From the NCBI GenBank assembly GCA_951406725.2, contig OX597834.1, positions 35,650,001 through 35,714,000 of the forward strand: a stretch of DNA of 64,000 nt, in the 5' to 3' direction. The notes beneath the pieces were generated by a model that saw nothing but the letters and a program-made list of their open reading frames with translations, was not told where the DNA came from and searched no databases. The DNA is from Octopus vulgaris (Eukaryota). Both the position numbers and the translations under genes were made by a program. Position 1 is the first letter of the stretch. The number at the start of each line of letters is the position of its first letter. This document shows positions 12,544-26,885 of the stretch, piece by piece.

Positions 12544-13457
12544 TAGTGATGATGATGATGATGGTGACAATGATGATGATGATGACGATGACGATATTGA
12601 TATGATGATTATGACGTTGAGGATTATCCCTTGCAACTAACCAAATCTAAATACTTCTCAATATCCTTAGAGGTGGTAAATTTAAAGAAATTTTCTTAAA
12701 TTTTCCGAAGTAGAGAAAAAACAAGAATTGAAATTATCTATTTTCAGTGAATCCGATTCTGCACTCGACCTCAAGTTGAATTTAGTCGAGAAATATTAAC
12801 CATAGGAAATCAGTAAAAACAAAAACGAAAACCCCTGCGATTTCTGCACAACCAAACAAAATTTCATACTGAAAAACTTTTATTATATAAAAGTCCAATC
12901 AGAGCTTTTCAACAAGTGTTGTCACTCCGATAAATATCTGCTGCTTGTGACATAATCTTTACTGAAAGATAATACCACAATCACACCAAATGGATTAATA
13001 CGTAACTACTCACCACAATCTAACTTAAGCTATAAACATACACATACATACTCCCAAACACACACACACACACACACACGTCATTATCATCATCAAAGAA
13101 ATACACGAACACAAATAAAATAGAGCAATCACGATGAAAATATGTACTCCACGTTTTAATGTTGAGATAGTAGCTTTAGTTATTTTGTCTTTTAAAGGAA
13201 AAAAAATGAGAATAATTTTACGTGCGAAGATGTTCCTTATTTTCGTTTGCCATCTTTGGAAGTTCGTCATTTACATTCTTTCTAACTAGACATCTTATTC
13301 TTTATCGTCACCTCTTCACACTTTATGCAATTGTTCAAAAATATCCTGCTATTCTTTAAAGGGTCATTGAGAAAGGAATACCCGAATTTGAGTTCCGATT
13401 GCGTATATAAATGCTGACACGATGAAGGCTTTGTATATTTTGTGTGACTGCAGAGCT

Positions 13458-13890
13458 TATTTATTTCTTTTGCTACCCACAAGGGGCTACACACAGAGGG
13501 GACAAACAAGAACAGACAAAGGGATTAAGTCGATTACATCGACTCCAGTGCATAACTGGTACTTATTTAATCGACCTCGAAAGGCAAAGTCGACCTCGGC
13601 GGAATTTGAACTCAAGACTGTAACGGCAGACGAAATACCGCTAAGCATTTCGCCCGGCCTGGTAACGGTTCTCCCAGCTCTCGACCGGACGGGGCCCCGG
13701 GATGACACACAAACATACATTTAGATATATATACGGCGGGATTCTTTCAGTTTCCGTTTACCAAATCCACTCACAAGGCTTTAGTCGACTCGAAGCTTTA
13801 GTAGAAGACATTTGCCCAAGGTGCCACACAGTGTGACTGAACCCAAACCCATGTGGTTGGGAAGCAAGCTTCTTACCACACAGCCATGTC
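13458..13890 (-). mobile_element. SINE A (13458-13680) followed by the 5' half of SINE B (13705-13890)
   Basis: Reverse-complement similarity to both families. Confidence 0.85.
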
Positions 13891-14355
13891 CGTTATTGTT
13901 GTTGTTGTTGTTGCTGTTGTTATCATCATCATCAGCAGCAGCACAACGACACGTTTTTCTGACTAACCAAGTTCTGCAGTCACACAAAAGATACAAAGCC
14001 TTCATCGTGTCAACCAGCATTTATATACACAAAGGATAATAGATTATTAACTGGTCTTATAATCAGGCAGAGGCTGGATTAGACGAGGAGAACACAATGT
14101 AGCCGAGTTGATGTCCATAATTATGGTAGCATCAGTGAAGCAGACACAGCACAACTATCTTATATGTATCATTAAATGTGTTTAACTGGTTTGATGTTCT
14201 CTCCGTTTCTTTCTCTCATCAAATAAAGCCTTAATTAATTTAATATAGTTACGTTAGCTATGTAATCATCGGCAATGAGTAAATACACACACACACTAAC
14301 ATATACACACATACATATTATCATACATACATACATACATACATACATACATACA

Positions 14356-14389
<34 letters not shown>

Positions 14390-14524
14390 CATATATATAT
14401 ATATACACATATACATATGTAGGGATTAGGTAAGTCGATAAGTGTATGCTTTCATTTGTAGTTACATAGTTATCGGCGCGAGCGTGTGTGCGTGTCTGTC
14501 TGTACTTGTGTGTGTACGTGTGTG

Positions 14525-14560
<36 letters not shown>

Positions 14561-15058
14561 ATGCATGTGTGTATATGTATATCTTATATAAATATATATA
14601 GCTGTAAATTCCTATATCTCCGTGCCTTTATCTATCTATCTGTCCGTCTGATTGCCTGTCTGTCTAACCGTCTGTTCATCAGTCTGTCTGTCTGTCTCTC
14701 TCTCTCTCTGTCTCTCTCTCTCTTTATGTGTATATACTCGCTATATACTTGCGTGTATAATTATGTGCAATTATTACCGTCTCACAAATAGGCAAACACA
14801 CACGTCTACAAGTGTGTGTTCTTGTACTTTTAATACGCGTATTGTTTGCGTATTTGATTTTATGAAACCTTTGTAAGAACCTTTGTAAGAAAATAGCGAT
14901 ACTGAAGGCCGGGCATCTTCTGACGACAAACCAGTTTTCTAAAAGACGCCATTACGCTCATTCCCCATTTAATGACAGAAGGAAGCTATAAAGGTTCAGA
15001 ACAGCCTTCGACTAAGCCATTGGCCATCATCAGAGATGTTTCTAGTTTTCTAGTATCT

Positions 15059-15275
15059 TTACTCTTTTACTCTTTTACTTGTTTCAGTCATGTGATTATG
15101 GCCATGCTGGAGCACCGCCTTTAGTCGAGCAAATCGACCCCACGACTTATTCTTTGTAAGCCTAGTACTTATTCTATCGGTCTCTAATGTCGAACCGCTA
15201 AGTGACGGGGACGTAAACACACCAGCATCGGTTGTCAAGCGATGTTGGAGGGACAAACAGACACACAAAAATACA
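15059..15275 (-). mobile_element. SINE B, 3' half
   Basis: Matches 30526-30740. Confidence 0.85.
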
Positions 15276-15299
15276 CACACACACGCACACACACACACG

Positions 15300-15367
<68 letters not shown>

Positions 15368-15689
15368 TACATAAAAAATGTAGCAGTCGGAACTTTCTCT
15401 TACAATAGTATCCCAGAGTGCGTTTGCACTACCAATACTTATAACAGCATCGGAGATAATCGACGTGGTTTATTGAGGAAATCACGCTTCACAGATGTGA
15501 AAATCTACAAATCCGCAAGATCCTGATATCAAATGGAAGCTGCTGCAGATATGGACATATTAATCGATTCTATTTCAGGTGAATAGAGGTGTGACGAGGC
15601 TTTGGATCTGTCCACACAAAACACTGAATGTCGTTTAGTACCATTCAGACTGCATCCACTGAAGAACTACAGCCAAAGGATATCATAAG

Positions 15690-15820
15690 CGTAGGCAGGG
15701 GTTGTATGATTAAGAAGCTCCCTTAGTGGTTTGAGTTCAGTTCCACTTCGTGGCACTTTAGGCAAGTGTCTTCTATAGCACAAACGCCTTGACAGTGGAT
15801 TTTGCAAACGGAAAATGCGT
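15690..15820 (+). mobile_element. Degenerate SINE B head
   Basis: GAGTTCAGTTCCACTTCGTGGCACTTTAGGCAAGTGTCTTCT. Confidence 0.65.
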
Positions 15821-15885
15821 AGGGAAATGCAAACCTTCATTTAATCAAGATATATCCTTGGCCTGAAGAGTAAGCTATTTTTTTA

Positions 15886-16108
15886 CTACCCACAAGGGGC
15901 TAAACACAGAGAGGACAAACAAGGATAGACAAACGGTTTAAGTCGATTATATCGACCCCCAGTGCGTAACTGGTACTTATTTAATCGACCCCGAAAGGAT
16001 GAAAGGCAAAGTGGACCTCGGCGGAATTTGAACTCAGAACGTAACGACAGACGAAATACGGCTACGCAATTCGCCCGGCGTGCTAACGTTTCTGCCAGCT
16101 CACCGCCT
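15886..16108 (-). mobile_element. SINE A, near full length
   Basis: Reverse complement aligns with 3275-3502. Confidence 0.88.
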
Positions 16109-16211
16109 GAAGAGTAACCTGAGGTATATTTACCACTTCTGACGTTCCGCTCGTTACTGAACATATGCAGCCCAGATCTTATCTAGGTCATTCCGTATCT
16201 CTTGTGGTATA

Positions 16212-16255
16212 TATTGGGTCATCCCATAAGTAATGCGGTTTTTTCAGTTGCATCT
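16212..16255. mobile_element. Mariner-type TIR fragment
   Basis: TA-TTGGGTCATCCCATAAGTAATGCGGTTTTTT resembles mariner TIRs (from recall); no partner TIR seen. Confidence 0.4.
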
Positions 16256-16651
16256 CTACAAGTCATTAACAGGCATGCGCTTGTTTTGAGTGAATTTCTC
16301 AAGACTTAATCACTTCCCTCCCGATGTTTCCTTTTGTGACTGAAGAATTACTGGACGAGGGTTTTGTCAGTAAAGACTTAAAACAGAAACGCCCAACATA
16401 CCAAACAGAAAGAAGAAAAAAGCAGGAAAAAGAAAATGAAAAAGGAAAAAAAAGGAACTCTAAATGGCTTATGTGTTGCTAAGTTTTCGTAAATTTGAGC
16501 ATCAGACTCATATGCTGACATTCATCACGTGGTATAGGGTATCTGGACACGTGACGGGCATTTCGTTTCCCATCAACAGCTGCATATCTATTTCATTAAA
16601 CAGCGACTCAGTGCACTCGGTAGCTCTTAATTATAAAATATGCAACGATAA

Positions 16652-17031
16652 ATAAATAGGATTCTAAAATTAAGTCAGGTACTTCCGACTTCACAATGAT
16701 GCAATTCATGAGAGTTTTGGATTGATATCTTACACCCACGGCACATATTCTACACACACATATACATGCATGCATACATACATACATACATGCATATATA
16801 CATGCACACACACGTATATGCTTACACAACCTCGTCACACAAACGTACGTACGCGCATATAATTATATATTGTTTTATGCTTTTACTTTTCAATCATTTG
16901 ACTGCGGCCATGCTAGAGCACTTTGTAAGCCTAGCACTTATTCGATCGGTCTCTTTTGCCGAACCGATATGCTAAGGGGGGCCGTAAACACGCCAACATG
17001 CGATGTTGGAGTGACAAACACAGACACTCAA

Positions 17032-17094
<63 letters not shown>

Positions 17095-17241
17095 TATATA
17101 CGACGGGCTTCTTTCAGTTTTCGTCTACCGAATCCACTCAAGGTTTTGGTGTGCTCGAGGCTATAGTAGAAAACACTTGCCCAAGGTTCCACGCAGATAA
17201 CACTTGCCCAAGCCACCTCTGTGGTGCCTATGAAGAGCCAC

Positions 17242-17285
<44 letters not shown>

Positions 17286-17527
17286 ATATATATTATATAA
17301 ATAATATATATGCATATATACATACATACATATATATGTATATATACATGCCTATGTGGGTACAGGACATCATTAAACGTAATCAACATGAAATACGCTT
17401 CATTCATAAAAAAAAAATCGACCAGCAAATACATAAATACCTGCACACATGACCAAGTTCCCTTTCCAGGGAAAGATCGGGGATTTTTCACTTCGCTAAG
17501 AAATATGCAGAGTAAAATCAAAAAGCA

Positions 17528-17576
<49 letters not shown>

Positions 17577-17890
17577 CACCCACAATTATCTATATTTGTT
17601 TCATCTATTCCTGTATAAGCTATCTCGCCAAACACTACACCAGTGCACTGAATAACACACACACACACACACACACATATATATGTATATAAATACAAAC
17701 ACACACACACACACACTCGCACGTAGCTGTATACACCTATCTCTTCGTGTGTGTGAGTATACGTGGGTGTATATATATATATATATATAACACTTTATAT
17801 AAATAGGATTCTAAAATTAATCACATTCTTCTGGCTTCACAATGTTACAATTCATGAGAAGTTTCCTACATTGATATCACAGACGCTCAC
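16652..17890 (+). repeat. Old direct duplicate pair of about 90 bp (16652-16740 and 17799-17890)
   Basis: Both begin ATAAATAGGATTCTAAAATTAA and share CTTCACAATG, CAATTCATGAGA and ATTGATATC. Confidence 0.75.
16880..17195 (-). mobile_element. SINE B, internally deleted
   Basis: Similar to 30526-30940. Confidence 0.8.
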
Positions 17891-18730
17891 ATACACACAC
17901 ACACACACATACATACACGGGTACAATAGCACACTTACAAACACATACACACTCACATACATGAACACATAAAGACACATATGTGTGTGTATGTATATAT
18001 ATGTGCGTGTGTGTGTGCATGTTTGTACATATATATATTTATATGTATATATATATGTGTGTGTGTGTGCTTAGATATCATCAGGTTCATACCGTAGGAT
18101 GGCATGTAAGATATTCGAGGCTAGGCAAGTATGTACCGTATCACACATACAAACACATACCCAGGCACACCCACAAGCGCGCGTGCACACAGACACGCAC
18201 ACACGCATAGATGTGCGCTCACACACACATCTCATAGCTTCAATAAAGTTGATGTTAATCCATTGAGAGCTGTTGTGAAAAACACGTAAAGGTATATTGT
18301 AAACTTCAAGGGAGTATCTTCAAAACAAAGTATGACGAAAATACAAAGTTGTTATAATAGTTTCACGCCGGAAAGAAGAAAGGTATAGAAATCTCTTTAG
18401 AATTTGGACCACGGGCTCCTCGTCGGAGTAGAACAGGAAGAAAAAACGAAAAGAATGTAAGAAAATGAGAAGAAAATGTTTGGAGGCCAAGCACGTGCGG
18501 ATGAGTTTATAGTCATGCTGGCATGTGAAACAAGCAACAAGGAACGGGAAAATGGGGGTTTGTAGTTAAACGAGCAATAATAAAATGAAGGAAGAAAGAA
18601 TGAAAGACAGCCGCCATCGGTCAGGGTTTGAGTTTGTCACTGGACATACCTTCATTTGAACCATTTCCGCCCTTACATTTTCTTACATAATACTAGCGGT
18701 TCTTATACATACATACATACATACGTACAT

Positions 18731-18997
18731 ACTCTTTACTCTTTTACTCTTTTACTTGTTTCAGTCATTTGACTGCGGCCATGCTGGAGCACCGCCTTTA
18801 GTCGAGCAAATCGACCCCGGGACTTATTCTTTGTAAGCCCAGTACTTATTCTATCGGTCTCTTTTTGCCGAACCGCTATTTGACGGGGACGTAAGCACAC
18901 CAGCATCGGTTGTCAAGCAAAGCTAGGGGGACAAACACAAACACACACACACATACATATGTATATATATATATACATATATACGACAGGCTTCTTT
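18731..18997 (-). mobile_element. SINE B, 3' two-thirds
   Basis: Similar to 30526-30790. Confidence 0.85.
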
Positions 18998-19084
18998 CAA
19001 ATATATATACATACGTACGTACGTACATACTTACGTACGTACATACATACATGTGTACATGTATTTATATATACATATATATTG

Positions 19085-19297
19085 AAGGCGGCGAGCTGGC
19101 AGAAACGTTAGCACGCTGGGCGAAATGCTTAGCAGTATTTCTTCTGGCTTTACGTTCCGAGTTCAAATTCCGCCGAGGTCGACTTTGCCTTTCATCCTTA
19201 CTGGATCGATAAATTGAGTACCAGTTGCGTACTGGAGTCAATGTAATCGACTTAACCCCTTTGTCTGTCCTTCTTTGTCCCCTTGTGGGCAGTAAAT
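19085..19297 (+). mobile_element. SINE A
   Basis: Aligns with 3275-3502. Confidence 0.85.
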
Positions 19298-19327
19298 ATA
19301 TATTTATATATATACACACAAATATAG

Positions 19328-19329
<2 letters not shown>

Positions 19330-19358
<29 letters not shown>

Positions 19359-19718
19359 TGTATGTATGTATGTATGTATGTATGTATGTATGTATGTATG
19401 TATGTATGTATGTATGTATGTATGTATGTATGTATGTATGCGTGTATGCGTGTATGCGTGTATGCGTGTATGCGTGTATGCGTGTGTGTATGTATGTATG
19501 TATGTATGTGTGTATGTATGCGTGTATGTGTGTATGTATGTATGTATGTATGTATGTATGTATGTATGTATGTATGCATGTATGTATGTATGCATGCATG
19601 TATGCGTGTATGTATGTATGTATGTATGCATGCATGTATATATGTATGCATGTATGTATGTATGCATGTATGTGTGTATGTATGTATGTATGTATGTATG
19701 TATGTATGTATGTATGTA
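19330..19718. repeat. (TATG)n/(TATGCG)n microsatellite
   Basis: Direct reading. Confidence 0.95.
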
Positions 19719-20193
19719 CACACACGCACGCATATGCAGAGCACGTCAACATGTGGACAATGAATATTGAGCGTTTAGAAGTTATATCTTCAAACGCCAC
19801 AGGGGCGTGTTTGTGCGTGTGCCGGTGTGTGTGTGTGTGTCTCTGTTTGTATGTGTAGGCTTGTGTGAGTGTGCGTGCGCGTGAAGCTGTACCAAGCTAC
19901 GTAGCAATAACGAAGCAACAAACATCTCCACGTGCTTCTATTTCGAATCTACACATTATATGGAAGCATGGATTCTGTTGATAAGCACCTGTGTGTCGAT
20001 ATATGTGTATATATGCATATGGATATATATATATATATACAGAGAGAGAGAGAAAGAGAGAGTAATGTATTTATATGATTGTTATGTATTCATTTGATAG
20101 ATAGCTTTGCGTATATAACGTGAATGTATTTCAGTGCGATGATGTACTTCTATAAATAATATATAAAAGCACACACACACACATCTACATATT

Positions 20194-20283
<90 letters not shown>

Positions 20284-20405
20284 AATATATATACGTACAT
20301 ATATACATACATATACATACACATGTATATTTGAATGTGTACACGCACAGAGATCCACCACACATAAATATATATGCATATATGTGTGTGTGTGCATATA
20401 TATAT

Positions 20406-20462
<57 letters not shown>

Positions 20463-20493
20463 ATGTGTGTGTATATATATATGTATGTATGTA

Positions 20494-20562
<69 letters not shown>

Positions 20563-20759
20563 ATACATACACACACACACACACACGTACACGTACTACA
20601 TATATATTTATGTATGAGTGTCTGTGTGTACCGTAGAGCACCCTCCACACGAATGCAAGTCCACACCAGTGTCTTCTTGTATTTATACAATATGCCGGCT
20701 TATCAAGAAGCCCATTCACCATATTGATTATGGAATCAGAAGAAACTTTACATAAACGC

Positions 20760-21245
20760 TGCAGCCGCCGCCGCCTCCACCACCACCACCACCACCACGA
20801 TCTCCATCACCATCGGCACCACCATCACCATCCTCGTCGTCATCATAATCAAGATGAACATCATCGTCGTCGTCATCTTCATCATAATTCATTATCATTA
20901 CCACAGCCAACATTATAACCACCACCACCACCACCACCACCACCATCAACATCGCCACATCAACCATCACCTCTGCAAACATTACCATCAATCTCTACAA
21001 CTACCACCACCTCAACCATCATCACCACAGCCACCACCACAACCACCACCACCAACAGCACCACCATCGTCATCACCACCGCAACCATCAACAACACAAT
21101 CATTACCATCACTTTCACAACTACCACAACAACCACCACCACCATTACTACTACTACCACCACCACCACCACCACCACAACCATTACTACTACTACTACC
21201 ACAACAACCACCACCACCACCATTACTACTACTACTACCACCACC
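20760..21245. repeat. Degenerate (CAC/CAT/TAC)n low-complexity tract
   Basis: Direct reading; similar tracts at 22395-22860 and 61260-61528. Confidence 0.9.
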
Positions 21246-21304
21246 TGCAACATCGGCTACAATGACTGCAAATCCGGCTACTAATAAATAGAATAACGAC
21301 ATAA

Positions 21305-21772
21305 ACCAGTTATGCACTGGGGTCGATATAATCGACTTAATCCGTTTGTCTGTCCTTGTTTGTCCCCTCTGTGTTTAGTCCCTTGTGGGTAGTAAAGAAA
21401 TAGGTATTTCGTCTGTCTTTGTGTTCTGAGTTCAAATTCCACCGAGGTCGACTTTGCCTTTCATTCTTTCGGGGGTCGATAAATTAAATACCAGCTGATT
21501 ACTGGGTCGATCTAATCGACAGACCCCTTCCCCCAAAATTTCGGGCCTTGTGTCTAGAGTAGAAAAGATTCTTTTGGGAGCGATAAATTAAATACCAGTT
21601 GCATACTGGGGCCGATCTAATCCACTGGTCCCCTCCCCCAAAATTTCGGGCCTTCAGTAAGGATGAAAGGTAAAGTCGACCTCGGCGGAATTTGAACTCA
21701 GAGTGAAGACAGACGTAATACGGCTAAGCATTTTTGCCCGTGTGCTAACGATTGCTGCCAGCCTGTTACCTT
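21305..21772. mobile_element. Composite SINE A locus: tail1-body-tail2-repeated tail2 on + (21305-21655) and an inverted head/body on - (21658-21772)
   Basis: Piecewise similarity to family A in both orientations. Confidence 0.8.
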
Positions 21773-21775
21773 AAA

Positions 21776-21843
<68 letters not shown>

Positions 21844-22194
21844 ATAATAATAGTAATAATAATAATAATAATAATTGTCATTGAAAAAATAGCGAAAACG
21901 AAGAAATTGAAATTTTTCATTTACTGGGTGAATATAGATTTTACCACTCGCAGACATGGAATATTTTAGATACTAATTTATCTAGTGAGAATTAACACCA
22001 CCATTCTACCACCACCGCCACCATCACCAACCAACCAACCAGCCAACTAACCACTAGCAACCAAAACGAAGAAGGCAAAACAAAAATACAAAAATATTTT
22101 CCATTCTCTCTCTCTCTCTCTCTCTCTCTCCCTTACTCTGTCACTCTCTCTCTCTCTCTCTCTCTCTCCTTACTCTGTCACTCTCTCTCTCCCT

Positions 22195-22230
<36 letters not shown>

Positions 22231-22736
22231 TACTCTGTCACTCTCTCTCTCTTTCTCTCTCTCCCTCTCTTGTCTATTTCCTCTCCGATATCGTATTTCT
22301 AAAGAATTGGCTTTATCTTGGATTATCTCACTCTAACGTCTACCATTCCAAAAATCGTGTTCCACAGCTAATTCGATTTCTTTTAAATACGCACCACAAC
22401 AATCCCCAACACCACCACTACCGTAACCATCTCTACCACCACTACCGGAACTACGGCCACCACCAGGACAGTAACTACCACCACCACCACCACCACCACC
22501 GTCATCACCACCGTCACTGCCACCACACCACCCACCACCACCACCACCGAACACCACCACCAACACTGTCATTGTCATTGTCACCATCCCACTACATCAC
22601 CACAACATCACAATAAGTACCACCAGCACCACTACTACCATCACCCCTCCTCCACCACCACCAACATCACTATCAGCATCACTCCTCCTCCACCACCACC
22701 GATACCACCACCACTGATACCACCACCTCCACCGAT

Positions 22737-22767
<31 letters not shown>

Positions 22768-23763
22768 CCACTACGACCATCACCAACACCATCACCACCA
22801 CCGCAATCATCAATACCCCCTCCATCAATAACCTCCCCCATCACCACCACCGCCACCAGCATATTTACGTATCTTCTGCAGGCATTTTAAAATAATTTGT
22901 TTTTTAAAATTTGGCTTCTTTCTTTCTTTCCTTCTTTCCTTCCTTCTTTCCTTCCTTCCTGCCTTCCTTCCTTCCTTGTTTCTTTCAATCTACCTTTCTT
23001 TTATTTTCTAAATAATCGATTGGCTTAACGTTCGTTCAGCTTCGCTTTGATTGGTAAGGCATTATTAATCGATATATATAAAAAAAAGCGGCATCTTTAA
23101 GTATACAGCAGTGACTAATCGATAGAAACTTCCACTTAACACAAAGGACTGAGAAGCGAACACGTAGAAAGTACATAGATATATATACGTAAACGTACAC
23201 ACACACGCATATACACGCACCCACCTCCAATCCCACACATATTTGTGTGTGTGTGTGTGTGTGTGTGTGACCAGGACTTGTAAAATCCCTTTATCGTCTG
23301 TACGTTTTTCTTTTGTTTTCAATCATTTGAATTCTTCCACTGTGGAAGGAGATCCTTTCTAACGAAAATGCAAAGTTCCATCGCTGGAATGTGAATAACA
23401 GTAAACAATGTCACGTTTCAAACTTGAGAAAAGTCTTGCAGAGTTTTACTGTTCCGCTTACAGACTATATTTGTTATATACGAATCAGTTGGTTGATTTC
23501 TTTCCCCGAAATCCTTAGCTTATTCAGGGCATGTATGCATCGTTGGATGTTCTTGTGAATATACATGCATACATACATATATACACACACATTCACACAC
23601 AAATATATATAAAGGATATATATATGTATGCATGTATTTATGCCCCAGCATGGCTAAAAACCTTAGGGCTGAAATGTATGAAAGAATAAAAGGATATATA
23701 TATAATTATTGTGTTGGATATTTTGTTTCTTTGCTAGAAGCCAGTTCCCACCTTCTAGGAAGA

Positions 23764-24191
23764 CAAGCATTTGTCTTATGAAGAAAGGCTGAAGACGCTC
23801 GACCTTTATTCTCTAGAAAAACGACGACGCCGTGGTGATCTCATTCTTGCTCACAACATCATAAGCGGAAAGTGTAACCTCTCGAAAGAGCTGTTCTTCA
23901 CTCCTGCTCCAGAGCCTCGGCTGCGGGGTCACTCCGAAAAGCTCTGTCTGCGACGATTTCATCTCAATCGAAGGAGAGGGGCTTTCTCCGTCCGGGTTGC
24001 GGATCCATGGAATAAGCTGCCGGACGAGATAGTGAAGATGCCGACGACCGCTGGTTCAAAGTCTCTCTTGATCAGAAATGGCCTGAACTCTTTGCATGAA
24101 CACCCTCCCTGTACATAACTCCATGTCCCCCTACATGGCCTTGCTTTTTGCTTTTTGAGCCAAAAAATTAACATAACTTAACTTAACTTAA
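23764..24191 (+). mobile_element. 5'-truncated CR1-group LINE (ORF2 C-terminus, 3'UTR, (TAACT)n tail)
   Basis: LSYEERLKTLDLYSLEKRRRRGDLI...LRGHSEKL...FSVRVADPWNKLP are the typical CR1 ORF2 C-terminal motifs; ends in a short tandem tail. Confidence 0.9.
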
Positions 24192-24294
24192 TAAAACACA
24201 CACACATGTGTTTGAGTACATGTTTGAATGTGAGAGTACGTGTGCGTGCGTATGTGTCCTTATAATAATCATGTACGCACACTGCAATATACAG

Positions 24295-25190
24295 CAATGC
24301 TGCTGCTGGTGATGATGATGATGATAACGATGCTGATTAAACTGACGCTGATAACGATGTTGATGATAAAGATAAATGGTGGTAATGATGCTGAAGACAA
24401 CTAGCACGATAATGATGATGATAATGATGATGATAATGACGACAACAACGGCGACGACGACGACGACGACGACGATGATGAGAATGATGAAGACGACGAT
24501 GATGATGATGATGGCGTTCGTGGTAGTAGTGGTAATGATGAAGATGATGATGGGGGGGGGGGTTAGCTGTGGCAATGATGATTGTGAAGATGATGATGAT
24601 GATGATGATGATAATAATGGTGATGATGATGATGATAATGAAGAAGATGGTGATGAATGATGACGGTGATGAAGTGGATGATGATGATGATGATGATGAT
24701 GATAATAATGAAGAAGATGGTGATGATGATGACGATCATGAGGATGATAACGAGGATGACTACAGCCATTACTACCAACATCATTACGACGACCACCACC
24801 ACCCCTACCACTACCTCTTGCTCCACAACCACCAGCAGCAGCAGCAGCAGCAGCAACAGCACCACCACCACCACCACCAATAACAACAACAACGACAACA
24901 ACAACAACAACAACCAACAGCAACGACAACAACATTAGCAACAACAACAACAAGCACCAGAAACACCCACACGACCAAAGCTGCAACCACCACTACAACT
25001 ACTATCGCCACCAAAATCCCTAACACCACCACCACCACCACCACCGCCACCACTGTCATCGCCACCACCACCACCACAACCACCACCACCACCACCCACC
25101 ACCGCCACTGCCACAAACCACCACCACCACCACCACCACCACAGCTGCCACCACCACCTCTACCGCCACTACCACCATCATCACTACCGA
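24295..25190. repeat. Degenerate (GAT/GAC)n followed by (CAC/CAA/CAG)n tract
   Basis: Direct reading. Confidence 0.9.
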
Positions 25191-25719
25191 ACCTGTTTAT
25201 GACCACCTTCTCCTCCATAAAGAGAGCCGTTCTCCTCATCCAACCATTTCGCAAAGCTGTTCCATAAAGCAGACGACACTCAGTCTACGCAGGATGTCGA
25301 CTGCCGAGAAATAGATTGCGCGCAAAGTGAAAAACCTTGCTGCACTAACCGCTAAAACGCTGCCATAGTTCCACCAACAACCGCCTCAGTATATATATAT
25401 ATATATATATAAACGTAAATCTATTTATCTACGTGTGTGTGTGTGTGTATGTGAGTCCGTGTGATCGTGTGTCTGTGTGTGTACATGTATGCATATATGC
25501 AAGGTAGTTGTCTACTCCTTATGCAGAGTCTGACCATCTCCTGTACCTACACCATAGAACCATCATGGCGTCTGATGTGGTTTTTTTAAACTAGACAATG
25601 TTTTGGAAAGACACGCTCATAAATTGCATATCTGCTTTGGGCTACCAAGCGCTGCAGTTAAGTTCTGATCTTTGTGGTTCGTAAAATGTCTTTCTTACAT
25701 ACATACACACATACATACA

Positions 25720-25755
<36 letters not shown>

Positions 25756-25891
25756 TTGGGATCACTACTACTTTGTTATCTCCCCTACTTCTTAGCTCTC
25801 CTGTGTGACCCTTCTGTCCGGCATTCGCCATGATAGATCGGTAACAACTACACACAAATTTTTTTCTCTCCTTGTTTCTATATATATATAT

Positions 25892-26165
25892 AGTGGAGGC
25901 GCAATGGCTCAGACCGGGCGTTGTGAGTGTTTATTGAGCGAAAACGCCTAAATCTCCACGAGGCTCCGGCAGAGGGTGTGGTGGCGAACCCTGCTGTACA
26001 CTTTCACCACAACTTTGTCCCACTTTTGGTTCCTGTTTCTGTTGTACCTGTATTTTGAAGGGCCAGCCTTGTCACACTCTGTGTCACACCGAATCTCCCC
26101 CGAGAACTATGTTAAGAGTATATGTGTCTGTGGAGTGTCTGGGCCTGTATTTCAAAGGGCCTAGC
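25892..26165 (+). mobile_element. SINE family C with a deletion in the head
   Basis: Aligns with 32396-32700. Confidence 0.8.
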
Positions 26166-26307
26166 CTTCTGAGTTCTTTTACAGGGCATAGAAAATCTGA
26201 AGCATCGCTGGAGTGTGTGAATCAGAGAGGGGGGGGATACATTGAATAAAATAATCAACTCATCTTCCTGTAATTATTTTACACAAAGCCAGAAAATTTT
26301 TAGCGCA

Positions 26308-26313
<6 letters not shown>
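26158..26313 (+). mobile_element. Mariner 3' end (transposase C-terminus plus right TIR)
   Basis: Frameshifted PSEFF..G.E.L..RW..CVN.RG.YIE* resembles the mariner C-terminal KCV..G.YVE. The end reverse-complements to ACGAGGGTGCGCTAAAAA, a mariner-type TIR. Confidence 0.7.
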
Positions 26314-26389
<76 letters not shown>

Positions 26390-26504
26390 CGTGTGTGTTT
26401 GTGGATGGGTGTGTGTATATATATATATACGCATATACACATTTACATATATACACGTTTACGTATATATCTATATATGTATGCGTATGTACACACACAC
26501 TTAT

Positions 26505-26562
26505 ATACAGGGTGCGATGGGTAAACTGTCGTCATTTTATATTCTTAATTTCGCGCATGTGC

Positions 26563-26565
<3 letters not shown>
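26505..26565. mobile_element. Tc1/mariner-type TIR fragment
   Basis: Begins TA-CAGGGTG; no partner TIR seen. Confidence 0.4.
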
Positions 26566-26602
<37 letters not shown>

Positions 26603-26797
26603 GTAGCCAGTATGTGGGGGTGTATGGATAAGCATATGTTTGTGTTTATTGATCGAAGATATATACTTTCCTGTGGAACTACGTGATATGCTATACAAAT
26701 ATATGGTAAATTTGAGGGATATATTTGTATAGTATATCATGGAATTATACAGGAAACTATATACCCTGGACCAATAAATACAAACATATGCTTACAC

Positions 26798-26885
<88 letters not shown>

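Noticed and set aside
15380-15680. Possible RTE reverse-transcriptase remnant (FQVNRGV)
   Set aside because: A single weak motif with multiple frameshifts; needs a profile search.
16299-16460. Strong minus-strand pyrimidine tract and ttttaag followed by SLLTKPSSSNSSVTKGNIGREVIKS*
   Set aside because: No convincing donor and a stop after 25 codons. It could be an alternative terminal exon but is unsupported without RNA data.
22125-22250. Short tandem units (CTCCCTTACTCTGTCA, about 4 copies; also 4941-5016, 27820-27905, 63765-63840) as CRISPR-like or functional arrays
   Set aside because: Slippage duplications inside microsatellites, with no unique spacers, in a eukaryotic context.
20724-25254. 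Poly-His/Pro/Gly/Gln/Asp ORFs resembling low-complexity proteins
   Set aside because: Degenerate trinucleotide tracts open in several frames on both strands, with no unique coding anchor or splice signals.
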